Origin: Mytilus trossulus | Taxonomy: Eukaryota | DNA length: 64,000 bases | Assembly (NCBI RefSeq): GCF_036588685.1 | Contig: NC_086379.1 | Coordinates: 31,310,001 to 31,374,000 of the forward strand | Direction: 5' to 3' | In this document: positions 59,701 through 64,000 of the stretch, piece after piece | Position numbering within the stretch: position 1 is the stretch's first letter | Layout: each line of letters begins with the position of its first letter | Notes under the pieces: generated by a model | What the model was told of the DNA's origin: nothing | What the model saw: only the letters and a program-made list of their open reading frames with translations | The model's database searches: none | Translations under genes and position numbers: made by a program

Positions 59701-62700
59701 ATGTGCAGTAATAAAGGAGAAATTCAATATTTAATGAAAATATATTAACTACTTCCTGTAGGTCGTGACGTTTTCTCCTGGTTTTTGCATGCCGGGATTT
59801 AAAATACAATCATTAAAAGTCTTGGTTTTTAATCATATTTTAACATAATCGTAAGCGCGCCGATGACTTACGCTTTATCTAAATAACCATCCGATAATAA
59901 GAAGATAAAACGCACAGACGTTCAATTGTACATATTCATGAGATAAATTTTCTATGTTAAACGTATATATTGGAATTATTTTTGTAGACAACACAAAAAG
60001 TTATAAATTTATTTTTAATTAATATATTTTCGGACTGATAAGGTGAACAAAGTAAAGTACAATAATCTGTAAAGACAATATGTTGGTGTACTCTTATTGA
60101 CCTTTTACTATCTCTGCTATGACTTGGTTGATACGATGTGTGTATTCACAGTTCTGTGGCAATACTCGTAGATGGCTTGTTGAAAGGTAAATTTCTATTT
60201 GCACATCTTGCCAGGTGTGACTGTCTATTCGGACCAGTGAATTATAAGACAAGGGAGCATTCAATATACATATTTAAAATATATATTCAAGTTGGTGACA
60301 AATAAAAATTGATCGCCGTGGAATTATTTAATTATGTTTGGTGCTATTATTTATTTTAATTCAAATAAGTTAATTTACTAAGAAATACACAATTTTCGGT
60401 TAAAGACGGGAAACTTAAATCATATGTCCGATTGAAATGATTTACACCTTTTGTCCTTGATTGATGTCTAATAAAAAGGAGAACTTAGAAATTATAAAAA
60501 GCTTTACCAAAGTATTTTTATTTGTCTTTATTAGGCAAATAAATGAATGAGAACACTTAGATTTAGACTTTTTAAAAGCCACGTATAAATTAATAACTGG
60601 AACTCACTGAAGATAACTCTACCGAAGCGGAATATAATATGAACGAATAAAGAAAAAATATTTTTCTACTTGAGAAGTTTTTTAAAAATTGACAGCAAAT
60701 TTAAGGTCTTCTTGGAATGGAATCGAAAAATTACGAATAGATATTCTTTATCAAGTGTGAAAAACGTCAACCAAATTTAATCATAATCGGGGACGTCCTT
60801 ATTAAAATAGTCTTCTTCTCACAACGTATAATACTTAATAACTATTTGACCAAAGATGTTTGAAAACAAAAGACAACGAATTTAATGTCATCTTTCCCTA
60901 TTTTTGAATGTAATTATAAGTCTGTTCAACTGGCAAGAATACCCCTAAAGCGGACAAATATCTGAAAAGCAGTTTATTCTTTGAATTTGCTGTCATTGAA
61001 TATCAAGATAGAAAATAAATCCCGAAAATGATTTGAAACTTTAATATTCAATAGCTTTCCTAGAAAATATTCACATCCCTCGGGGATTATTAGTGTACGT
61101 CCAGTTGCATATGTCGGAACAATTGTGGTGATGACGAATTTCTTTCTTTATTCGAGAACAATCTAATTGATATATAAATCTGTGATTTTACTATGTTCAT
61201 AACTTCGATGAACCAAAGCAAGTTATAGATCGACCTGTATTTAAATCAAATTGGTCCTCTTCTTCTTCTTTTGGTATACAATAGTCTATCGAATTGGATG
61301 ATTACATACTGTTAGTATACGTGGACTAGTCTATTTACAAAACTTTTACCCCAATTTGCACAAAATGTATGTTTTTTTCTTATGTTCAATGTATACATGT
61401 ATATATTTTAAATTGCGCTGTAGTTCCGTAACTTTCTATCCGGGCGTATAAATGATACGTCGACAAGTGCGCACATTTTTTTAATCAACATTTCTGGAAT
61501 GATCCAACGAATGTAGGACAGAAAGTCACAGGACAAAAAGTCACGGACAAAAAGTCACAGGACAAAAAGTCACAATTCAGTTTTTAGAGTATTTTTCTTT
61601 AAACAAGAAAAAATAGTTTTAAAAACAAAGTTTTTGTTTTTTTCTTGAACTCTTATATATAAAGCAACTTTGTAATTAAAATTTATTCAATAAATATCAA
61701 TGATGAACAAATAATTGTTCTGAAAACAAAATGTCAAAGTGACTTTGTACTTAAATGGCTTCATGGTGCCAAGAAATGTCCCCTTTGCATGATTAAAATT
61801 TGATAATTTTTCATTTAACAAAGCTTATGAACAATGTCACAACTGAAAAATAAATAGATGTAATAAAAAGAAAATATTTCAAGATCTTTCTCTTATATAT
61901 TCAAACAATTGTCAAAAAATAATTGTGACTTTTTGTCCTGTGACTTTTCGTCCTATCAAATTTGTAACTTTATGTCCTGTGACTTTATGTCCTTTACTAT
62001 TATTCTGGAATATTACATATTAGCACCTCTTTACCAAACAAACCATTTACTTATATTTGTGAGATTTTCATCTTGCTTTGGGTACAATAATTGTATTGTA
62101 AACAAGATGACCAAGGAGTTGATGACTATTATAATACATACCATAATGTGCAGTAAAACTTAAAGGAATTTGTTACATCCAATGGAGATAACTCTTCATA
62201 CCTTATATTGTATCATGGCATCTGTACAGTTGGGTCCAACACAAACATACCTTATAATTTATCATGGCATCTGTACAGTAAGATCCAACACAAACATACC
62301 TTATAATGTATCATGGCATCTGTACAGTAAGATCCAACACAAACATACCTTATAATGTATCTTGGCATCTGTACAGTAAGATCCAACACAGGAAGGACAA
62401 CATGATCCTGGTCTTCTTTCCATGGATTTTCCCTGTAATGAGACATATTAAATGATCAAACTTATATTGTCCGACATTTTGAAATACAAGACATATAGAA
62501 TTTTTTTATATAAAGATTTGTAGCCAATTTCTGAGATGTCAATATAATATCCTTTACTATTGACAATGAGTAAATATTACATTTTCCCAGAGACATATAA
62601 TACAATTATATGTCTCTGATTTTCCCAAATTTACCCTTGGAAAAAATACGTATATTTGTATATATCTTCAATTTTTTTTTTTATAAATAATATTCTTTAC

Positions 62701-63893
62701 ACCAGAAATTTTATTTATAAACAAGCGTATGAGTTAAGTAATGACTGGTATATTATATCACTTTCGGACATGCAAGACAGAGATGTATATTATACATGCA
62801 CCTGATAGTTCAGTTATAAGTTATCGGCCGTGTACACTGATCAATACCTACAGAAGTGAAACGATGCATGAACTTGCAAGCCCGACAGGAAATCGCTTGA
62901 ATACCTGGACGTGTCACCTTACACCCCTCACAATACCTTTGGGAGTAATACCTTAAGCCATGCGGGTGATCAGTGGAGCGAAGATCCTAATTTATTTGCA
63001 TAAAGTATATTACTTTAAAGAATTATGAACGAATTAGATTTTCGAAAACAATTTTCACGGAACACTTATTTATGATTTGAACTTTGACTTTTTAACCGAT
63101 TCCAATATTAACAGTTTAAAAATAACAGACTATATGGTTATTAAAAAAATAAGAACATTGTCCGTATCAAGTAAGTTAGTCAGATAAAACAACCGTACGA
63201 TTGACAAGATATCGACACGTAATTAAGACTACATCGGTTACTGTAGTTTTGTTTCTTTGTGGTTTATAGACATATCGTGATTTTTATTTGGACAAGATAA
63301 CAAAATGGCGGAAGGCCGAGAACTGATACTCAAAATTTAAAATCGATGGTGATCTCTTATCTAGCGGAATAAAACTTTAATATTTATAAATTTGAGCATT
63401 TTTATACAAAATGGACATAATATCAATTTTTGATTTTTTTGCGAAGTTTCCCTTTAAGTCACATATTAACTCTCAGAATTGTTGCACAAGATCTTTAATG
63501 TGCAAACAAAGTGACACTCTGACATGAAATTTCTTGTGGTCTATTAATTGCTTGTATTGTAAACAAGATGACCAAGGAGTTGATGACTATTATAATACAT
63601 ACCATAATGTGCAGTAAAACTTAAAGGAATTTGTTACATCCAATGGAGATAACTCTTCATACCTTATATTGTATCATGGCATCTGTACAGTTGGGTCCAA
63701 CACAAACATACCTTATAATTTATCATGGCATCTGTACAGTAAGATCCAACACAAACATACCTTATAATGTATCATGGCATCTGTACAGTAAGATCCAACA
63801 CAAACATACCTTATAATGTATCTTGGCATCTGTACAGTAAGATCCAACACAGGAAGGACAACATGATCCTGGTCTTCTTTCCATGGATTTTCC
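5159..63893 (-). CDS. FRAS1: FRAS1 (Fraser extracellular matrix complex subunit 1) orthologue, multi-exon, 5'-incomplete in this window
   Basis: 57 exons with GT-AG boundaries and consistent phases join into one ORF of about 3,470 aa. Domain order is VWC - furin-like - CSPG - Calx-beta - FRAS1 C-terminal region (PSPGYPLVCVTPCD, GHQWYLQV) - TM - GTEV*. VWC plus furin-like repeats upstream of CSPG distinguish FRAS1 from FREM1/2/3. Confidence 0.95.
6019..6173. repeat. Minisatellite, ~53-bp unit x3
   Basis: tgacatcatttacaagagagaggggatcccctgtatccctgcactatc repeated. Confidence 0.9.
6658..7083 (+). mobile_element. SINE-like interspersed repeat, family A
   Basis: Co-linear with ~34025-34458; tail gtctcattggcaatcataccacat.ttcttttt recurs at ~40589-40665(-), ~47815-47905(-) and ~55610-55783(+). 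Confidence 0.75.
7248..7376 (-). CDS. FRAS1: FRAS1 exon (C-terminal ectodomain)
   Basis: DKGNRDVEVRHFHSVPFNAKF...PGVDGFYLSVDPLYK; phase 0-0. Confidence 0.9.
8230..9137. mobile_element. Probable Kolobok-like non-autonomous element, only one terminus recognised
   Basis: Right end gggccacc|ttaa (reverse complement TTAA-GGTGG, like the 15683 MITE); CpG-richer interior; left end not found. Confidence 0.35.
9321..9433 (-). CDS. FRAS1: FRAS1 exon
   Basis: GSDGYVPTFDPQGDVYGDGPQFGCLQPSPKLQYRFLIL; phase 1-0. Confidence 0.9.
9935..10027 (-). CDS. FRAS1: FRAS1 exon
   Basis: GEVLYGRVLWNPAQDLREAYSLSIEKVYLCT; phase 1-1. Confidence 0.9.
10569..10732 (-). CDS. FRAS1: FRAS1 exon
   Basis: FEVPIAFQQSNRPVPLVYSLDTRFEL...; phase 2-1. 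Confidence 0.9.
10737..11083. mobile_element. Fold-back element (short IR pair plus long terminal hairpin)
   Basis: ataattacatt at 10737 / aatgtaattat at 10934; hairpin arms taagtattgaatgcttctttttgtaa...aaagcgttgacc / ggtcaacgcttt...ttacaaaaagaagcattcaattctta. Confidence 0.7.
11105..11179. repeat. 29-bp tandem repeat x2.6
   Basis: tgtaaatgtaagcagtaaatagcatgatc. Confidence 0.85.
11455..11558 (-). CDS. FRAS1: FRAS1 exon
   Basis: DYTGRYTVELIPCLVKSTQ...PCTAKQPQ; phase 0-2. Confidence 0.9.
11731..11891 (-). CDS. FRAS1: FRAS1 exon
   Basis: MYVPEHHTL...TFDSPHQLWRATSDYNLK; phase 1-0. Confidence 0.9.
12414..12672 (-). CDS. FRAS1: FRAS1 exon
   Basis: VKDNGKTYLTVRVPLYV...GWGSLQHHTEMEFSFYY...TKFR; phase 0-1. 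Confidence 0.92.
13117..13893 (-). CDS. FRAS1: FRAS1 exon (large, post-Calx-beta region)
   Basis: PCDVHYP...VLDSIYF...LVDLCGGKVVSDFQ; 777 nt, phase 0-0. Confidence 0.93.
14457..14706. repeat. 52/54-bp tandem repeat copying the exon 3' end and splice donor (4 extra copies)
   Basis: acttac|tgtgacacaaactaaaggataacc with exon-end copies starting at 14465, 14517, 14571, 14623 and 14675. Confidence 0.95.
14675..14758 (-). CDS. FRAS1: FRAS1 exon
   Basis: VVSLLHYDNVDIGMEQAPSPGYPLVCVT; phase 0-0; donor duplicated in the intron. Confidence 0.9.
15370..15557 (-). CDS. FRAS1: FRAS1 exon (Calx-beta)
   Basis: VRSVEFSVDVIY...EWHESF...GSLVLPTPPV; phase 1-0. Confidence 0.9.
15683..15957. mobile_element. 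Kolobok-like MITE
   Basis: TIR GGTGGTACC(C/T)AACACT (15/16 match); TTAA TSD at 15679-15682 and 15958-15961. Confidence 0.88.
16155..16355 (-). CDS. FRAS1: FRAS1 exon (Calx-beta)
   Basis: PRIKFKLADYSIMEP...RCSTRDGSALSGLDY...FKP; phase 1-1. Confidence 0.9.
16741..17374 (+). mobile_element. Helentron-associated (HINE-like) element with three ~167-bp internal tandem units
   Basis: Start aacaagaatgtgtcc; units at 16799, 16965 and 17134; GACA/GAAC microsatellite; terminal hairpin atgccc...gggcat plus A run. Confidence 0.8.
17526..17682 (-). CDS. FRAS1: FRAS1 exon (Calx-beta)
   Basis: VKNCSVNIVDDGDYEPKELFYLRL...VNDED; phase 0-1. Confidence 0.9.
17931..18136 (-). CDS. FRAS1: FRAS1 exon (Calx-beta)
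   Basis: PIMHFDSNEYTVDE...RSGDLSFESSVICYTRQ...FLPGEK; phase 1-0. Confidence 0.92.
18647..18794 (-). CDS. FRAS1: FRAS1 exon (Calx-beta)
   Basis: KCRITILDDAADPKLEGNETFAVFLS...; phase 0-1. Confidence 0.9.
19321..19532 (-). CDS. FRAS1: FRAS1 exon (Calx-beta)
   Basis: SIIHLSLSQYHFDE...VWCATR...FAPGETIQ; phase 1-0. Confidence 0.92.
20009..20132 (-). CDS. FRAS1: FRAS1 exon (Calx-beta)
   Basis: IIDDSEYESSEQFELVL...GPND; phase 0-1. Confidence 0.9.
20445..22672. mobile_element. Fold-back element interrupted by a nested Harbinger-like element
   Basis: Hairpin 20447-20594; IR pair ttattacattgg at 20597 / ccaatgtaagaa at 22659. Confidence 0.55.
20828..22051. mobile_element. Non-autonomous PIF/Harbinger-like element
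   Basis: 33-bp TIR GGCCA.G.TTTTTTAATTTGTTGGTTTACGGAT; TAA TSD at 20825-20827 and 22052-22054. Confidence 0.85.
22725..22894 (-). CDS. FRAS1: FRAS1 exon (Calx-beta)
   Basis: DLSSSVSVVCYT...ESGSDYISR...FQPGMTRANCDVK; phase 1-0. Confidence 0.92.
23450..23530 (-). CDS. FRAS1: FRAS1 exon (Calx-beta)
   Basis: PTIQFKDLVYSVNETSGVVSAALIRT; phase 1-1. Confidence 0.88.
23937..24201 (-). CDS. FRAS1: FRAS1 exon (Calx-beta)
   Basis: YSVVTCKT...PGDQDYREHSGQVQFD...INDDSIFEGPERF...DEED; phase 0-1. Confidence 0.92.
24619..24842 (-). CDS. FRAS1: FRAS1 exon (CSPG/Calx-beta junction)
   Basis: DIDHEVISY...FHIMWSVIEF...YNVSESAG...GNLKQ; phase 1-0. Confidence 0.92.
25264..25414 (-). CDS. FRAS1: FRAS1 exon (CSPG repeat)
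   Basis: AYNLITPRELEATDVDT...PEYGRLE...SFTQ; phase 0-1. Confidence 0.9.
25710..25802 (-). CDS. FRAS1: FRAS1 exon (CSPG repeat)
   Basis: DFEIDIMPLDDGSPVLKTNLGLQFLEQSGNQ; phase 0-0. Confidence 0.88.
26343..26597 (-). CDS. FRAS1: FRAS1 exon (CSPG repeat, contains RGD)
   Basis: ESSLIFHIVNLPVHG...YHHDGSETLQDNFSFTVTDG...SRGD; phase 0-0. Confidence 0.92.
27595..27735 (-). CDS. FRAS1: FRAS1 exon (CSPG repeat)
   Basis: ITQKLYITITPVDDEIPIVTNNGLRVQEGVRKTITEYDLKAEDQDTP; phase 0-0. Confidence 0.92.
27989..28126. repeat. ~23-bp A-rich minisatellite
   Basis: actacaagaaaatacaata(tg/ga) repeated about 6 times. Confidence 0.85.
28409..28533 (-). CDS. FRAS1: FRAS1 exon (CSPG repeat)
   Basis: IPISEFTQSDLAANSVCYIHT...DSFTFSVSDGSNQ; phase 1-0. 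Confidence 0.92.
28618..28889 (+). mobile_element. HINE-like element, same family as 16741, single unit
   Basis: aacaagaatgtgtcc start, GACA microsatellite, gccc..gggcataaaaa end. Confidence 0.75.
28968..30710. repeat. 48-bp minisatellite (~36 units) derived from the exon 3' end plus splice donor
   Basis: Unit atattttaaaataccttgattactggtaagttctagatgacccagatt; minus strand encodes NLGHLELTSNQGILKY; contiguous with exon 30677-30856. Confidence 0.97.
30677..30856 (-). CDS. FRAS1: FRAS1 exon (CSPG repeat); its 3' end is the seed of the 48-bp array
   Basis: DRIPPKVIANKELVVLEG...DEDSEPGLLRYYLLSAPNLGHLELTSNQ; phase 1-1. Confidence 0.9.
31198..31448 (+). mobile_element. SINE-like interspersed repeat, family B (3' part)
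   Basis: ggagcctctggcctttgttagtc...gaagacccattgg...ctcaattttat; reverse-complement match to 35741-35990. Confidence 0.75.
31811..32119 (-). CDS. FRAS1: FRAS1 exon (CSPG repeat)
   Basis: STIPIKSQDLKATDIDSDD...SFTQLDVDQG...FYITVT; AAG acceptor; phase 1-1. Confidence 0.88.
32844..33024 (-). CDS. FRAS1: FRAS1 exon (CSPG repeat)
   Basis: EILDDLIVYQHNG...VSDG...DDETPRLAINRGL; phase 0-1. Confidence 0.9.
33452..33534 (-). CDS. FRAS1: FRAS1 exon (CSPG repeat)
   Basis: TLGRRDHISEPLSRIRPIQQAGTFTYQ; phase 1-0. Confidence 0.85.
33915..34458 (+). mobile_element. SINE-like interspersed repeat, family A (longer copy)
   Basis: Co-linear with 6658-7083; tail ends ~15 nt from the donor at 34474-34475. Confidence 0.75.
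34476..34629 (-). CDS. FRAS1: FRAS1 exon (CSPG repeat)
   Basis: LLNDEEPLLVTEQLFVQE...DIDTHPDQL...PQH; phase 0-1. Confidence 0.9.
35266..35456 (-). CDS. FRAS1: FRAS1 exon (CSPG repeat)
   Basis: GSEKTVGVPITQF...YIQSDHKNKEPVTDSFLFHVTDG; phase 1-0. Confidence 0.92.
35741..36315 (-). mobile_element. SINE-like interspersed repeat, family B
   Basis: Reverse complement of 31198-31448; shares the gcctgtcccaagtcaggagcct core with family A. Confidence 0.75.
36530..36662 (-). CDS. FRAS1: FRAS1 exon (CSPG repeat)
   Basis: IDEGGEVLLTTDNVKVTDQDT...PKFGNI; phase 0-1. Confidence 0.9.
36735..37048. mobile_element. Fold-back element (long hairpin plus short IR pair)
   Basis: Hairpin 36738-36875; ataatttaatt at 36884 / aattaaattat at 37036. 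Confidence 0.7.
37523..38988. mobile_element. Non-autonomous hAT-like element
   Basis: TIR CA(A/G)GGCTTCCAAA; 8-bp TSD gtatagat / gtatagag (7/8 match); subterminal gtccggctgg at both ends. Confidence 0.8.
38999..39288. repeat. 95-bp tandem repeat copying the exon 3' end and donor (2 extra copies)
   Basis: atac|ct(a/t)aattgtagga at 39013, 39108 and 39203. Confidence 0.9.
39205..39367 (-). CDS. FRAS1: FRAS1 exon (CSPG repeat)
   Basis: YMADKEIGSEPVSDILSFNVTD...PVDNRAPVVTVGPTIK; phase 2-0. Confidence 0.9.
39400..40590 (+). mobile_element. Helentron-associated (HINE-like) element, second family
   Basis: 5' hairpin ggctctaaagagcc, subTIR gctcacct, two long internal direct repeats, GACG microsatellite, 3' hairpin agctcacttggccc-ttt-gggccaggtgagct plus A run. 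Confidence 0.8.
41043..41183. repeat. 68-bp tandem duplication copying the exon 3' end and donor (1 extra copy)
   Basis: agctgaccatat.aacatttacag.tattaaccaatac..ac|cttataaagtt.ttattt with exon-end copies at 41093 and 41161. Confidence 0.85.
41161..41341 (-). CDS. FRAS1: FRAS1 exon (CSPG repeat)
   Basis: ETILISRNDF...DDDSDDHL...PVHGQL...ITQDDINNNFI; phase 1-2. Confidence 0.9.
41667..41876 (-). CDS. FRAS1: FRAS1 exon (CSPG repeat)
   Basis: ESFNYKEF...SASDGKH...VDKSAP...VRE; phase 1-1. Confidence 0.88.
42314..42580 (-). CDS. FRAS1: FRAS1 exon (CSPG repeat)
   Basis: SDG...IRILPVNNLPPSF...SDPDTS...PKRG; phase 1-1. Confidence 0.9.
43125..43380 (-). CDS. FRAS1: FRAS1 exon (CSPG repeat)
   Basis: VFEDQVVPVT...DPDTHNGEIIY...QFTQADLMHNKIIYHPP; phase 0-1. 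Confidence 0.9.
43796..43918 (-). CDS. FRAS1: FRAS1 exon (CSPG repeat)
   Basis: VRDSFDPPNVLKEQTMHIKI...PGVRLGMS; phase 0-0. Confidence 0.87.
44086..44258. repeat. 49-bp minisatellite x3.5
   Basis: tttggtaaagagatccctacatgcattaatgatatccaagctaaagatg. Confidence 0.92.
44572..44750 (-). CDS. FRAS1: FRAS1 exon (CSPG repeat)
   Basis: EILMLVP...FLQRDINEGRIWYQNTG...DVVTFE; phase 1-0. Confidence 0.9.
45300..45456 (-). CDS. FRAS1: FRAS1 exon (CSPG repeat)
   Basis: ENLSPLIVNN...IYTLNPTTNNPQQ; phase 0-1. Confidence 0.88.
46106..46416. mobile_element. Penelope-like element fragment with an inverted terminal segment
   Basis: 12-bp TSD catgataatata (46094-46105 and 46417-46428); 56-bp inverted repeat 46106-46161 / 46256-46311 (1 mismatch); contains a minimal hammerhead motif. 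Confidence 0.8.
46158..46207 (-). ncRNA. Minimal type I hammerhead ribozyme (Penelope type)
   Basis: Minus strand: TATT-GTC CTGAAGA C GCCA-cgcttgt-TGGC GAAAC AT GTC^ GAC-cac-AATA; core CUGANGA/GAAA, G10.1-C11.1 pair, GUC cleavage triplet, palindromic ACAUGU stem III. Confidence 0.82.
46580..46776 (-). CDS. FRAS1: FRAS1 exon (CSPG repeat)
   Basis: PLHGKFIDRG...SFSVEEL...QVTDGYH...IRQK; phase 1-0. Confidence 0.88.
47183..47386 (-). CDS. FRAS1: FRAS1 exon (CSPG repeat)
   Basis: RISFKAFDRQLYS...DHPPQLVRN; phase 1-1. Confidence 0.87.
48045..48323 (-). CDS. FRAS1: FRAS1 exon (first CSPG repeat)
   Basis: NEQPPTIQL...DPDTPLDSL...PPTNG...ELKDGKVRFIH; phase 1-1. Confidence 0.88.
48731..48871 (-). 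CDS. FRAS1: FRAS1 exon (furin-like repeat)
   Basis: CPEHCMECMSSTDCSQC...CVPTCGKGYY...CE; phase 1-1. Confidence 0.9.
49145..49279 (-). CDS. FRAS1: FRAS1 exon (furin-like repeat)
   Basis: CGSGCLRCESNSICHAC...CVRHCKPTQYVDGRQCK; phase 1-1. Confidence 0.9.
49766..49918 (-). CDS. FRAS1: FRAS1 exon (furin-like repeat)
   Basis: CGFGCGKC...CLQC...CMRACPVGRY...CR; phase 1-1. Confidence 0.9.
50290..50574 (-). CDS. FRAS1: FRAS1 exon (two furin-like repeats)
   Basis: CPATCQTC...CHPSCKSCSGPTDTNCLSC...; phase 1-1. Confidence 0.92.
50607..50836 (+). mobile_element. HINE-like element, same family as 16741, internally deleted
   Basis: gaatgtgtccatagtac...caaaaactaccttgaccaaaaac...gcccctctactatc. Confidence 0.72.
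51175..51318 (-). CDS. FRAS1: FRAS1 exon (furin-like repeat)
   Basis: CDTSCSLCLGPKDNQCLAC...CVDHCSSSSYLQNGECL; phase 1-1. Confidence 0.9.
52047..52187 (-). CDS. FRAS1: FRAS1 exon (furin-like repeat)
   Basis: CHDSCKTCVDITRYHCQTC...CVSRCGMGYYQ...CY; phase 1-1. Confidence 0.9.
52440..52589 (-). CDS. FRAS1: FRAS1 exon (furin-like repeat)
   Basis: TCATECKDC...CTEC...GRCVQKCKDGLY...CH; phase 1-1. Confidence 0.9.
52905..53052 (-). CDS. FRAS1: FRAS1 exon (VWC domain)
   Basis: TGDSWQPDSCTLCQC...CPICP...PGECCGKC; AAG acceptor; phase 0-1. Confidence 0.88.
53271..53357 (-). CDS. FRAS1: FRAS1 exon (VWC domain)
   Basis: NEMLIHQPGKCCKECVPRPTCYFGGEMFH; phase 0-0. Confidence 0.88.
53590..53723 (-). CDS. 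FRAS1: FRAS1 exon (VWC domain)
   Basis: TCTSESPARYHGDIWNVTDCEFCTCRQGKVQCFTAVCEPAICLE; phase 1-0. Confidence 0.9.
54376..54433 (-). CDS. FRAS1: FRAS1 exon (VWC domain)
   Basis: KELNITRESECCSECILPK; phase 0-1. Confidence 0.82.
54518..54770. mobile_element. Fold-back element (short IR pair plus terminal hairpin)
   Basis: tttatcggtaatt / aattacagataaa; hairpin 54643-54765. Confidence 0.7.
56133..56237 (-). CDS. FRAS1: FRAS1 exon (VWC domain)
   Basis: NGDHWDRDSCTTCTCIQGEIVCSRKDCMIDFECEG; phase 0-0. Confidence 0.9.
57118..57310. mobile_element. Tc1/mariner-like MITE
   Basis: TIR c(g/t)gtggattca; TA on both flanks; abuts a second MITE at 57313-57507. Confidence 0.7.
59072..59361 (+). mobile_element. 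HINE-like element, same family as 16741, single unit
   Basis: aaacaagaatgtgtcc...GACG microsatellite...gccccc.tactatcgtaggtggggcataaaa. Confidence 0.8.
61501..62002. mobile_element. MULE-like MITE with arrayed subterminal motifs
   Basis: Four ggaca(a/g)aaagtcac motifs at the left, inverted copies at the right; 9-bp direct repeat ttctggaat at 61492-61500 and 62003-62011. Confidence 0.65.
62195..62390. repeat. 49-bp tandem repeat copying the exon 3' end and donor (3 extra copies); repeated at 63656-63851
   Basis: catac|cttata with donors at 62200, 62249, 62298 and 62347. Confidence 0.92.
62349..62432 (-). CDS. FRAS1: FRAS1 VWC exon, duplicate copy located inside the Kolobok-like element
   Basis: ttacag|GKSMERRPGSCCPSCVGSYCTDAKIHYK|gtatgt; phase 0-0; identical to 63810-63893; not the frame shown in the ORF track. 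Confidence 0.7.
63810..63893 (-). CDS. FRAS1: FRAS1 VWC exon (presumed original copy)
   Basis: GKSMERRPGSCCPSCVGSYCTDAKIHYK; CCxxC VWC end plus start of the next VWC; joins in frame to NGDHW at 56237. Confidence 0.8.
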
Positions 63894-64000
63894 CTGTAAT
63901 GAGACATATTAAATGATCAAACTTATATTGTCCGACATTTTGAAATACAAGACATATAGAATTTTTTTATATAAAGATTTGTAGCCAATTTCTGAGATGT

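Larger units (their letters stand above)
62091..62539. repeat. Direct duplication, copy 1 (at least 449 bp), identical to 63552-64000
   Basis: Offset 1461 bp; no mismatch seen; the second copy runs off the window end. Confidence 0.93.
59618..63453. mobile_element. Non-autonomous Kolobok-like element (~3.8 kb) containing a nested MITE and a FRAS1 exon copy
   Basis: TTAA|AGGGAAAATTCAC ... GCGAAGTTTCCCT|TTAA (11/13 TIR match, purine-purine start, TTAA TSD); no transposase ORF. Confidence 0.62.

Noticed and set aside
59618-63453. Autonomous transposase gene in the large element
   Set aside because: No long ORF or DDE/THAP-like translation visible on either strand.
62170-63907. Duplicated 61-aa and 64-aa ORFs
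   Set aside because: By-products of the duplication and the 49-bp repeat; the meaningful frame is the 28-codon VWC exon.

Overview
AT-rich eukaryotic genomic DNA, probably bivalve (Mytilus-like, inferred from repeat architecture only). One large minus-strand gene spans 5159 to beyond 63893: a FRAS1 orthologue with VWC repeats, 8 furin-like repeats, CSPG repeats, Calx-beta domains, the FRAS1/FREM C-terminal ectodomain, a TM helix and a PDZ-binding tail ending GTEV. I traced 57 GT-AG exons with consistent phases (10,413 nt, about 3,470 aa), plus an identical second copy of the most 5' exon. The 5' end of the gene lies beyond the window. Introns hold non-autonomous DNA transposons (Kolobok-like, hAT, Harbinger, Tc1/mariner-like, MULE-like, Helentron-associated HINEs, fold-back elements) and SINE-like repeats; an RTE-like RT relic lies downstream of the gene. 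Highlights: (1) five exons have their 3' end plus splice donor tandemly amplified into the intron, including a 36-donor, frame-preserving 48-bp array that could add n x 16 aa; (2) a 3.8-kb TTAA-flanked element contains an identical copy of the neighbouring FRAS1 exon; (3) a Penelope-like insertion with a 12-bp TSD carries a minimal type I hammerhead ribozyme in the sense of the FRAS1 pre-mRNA.
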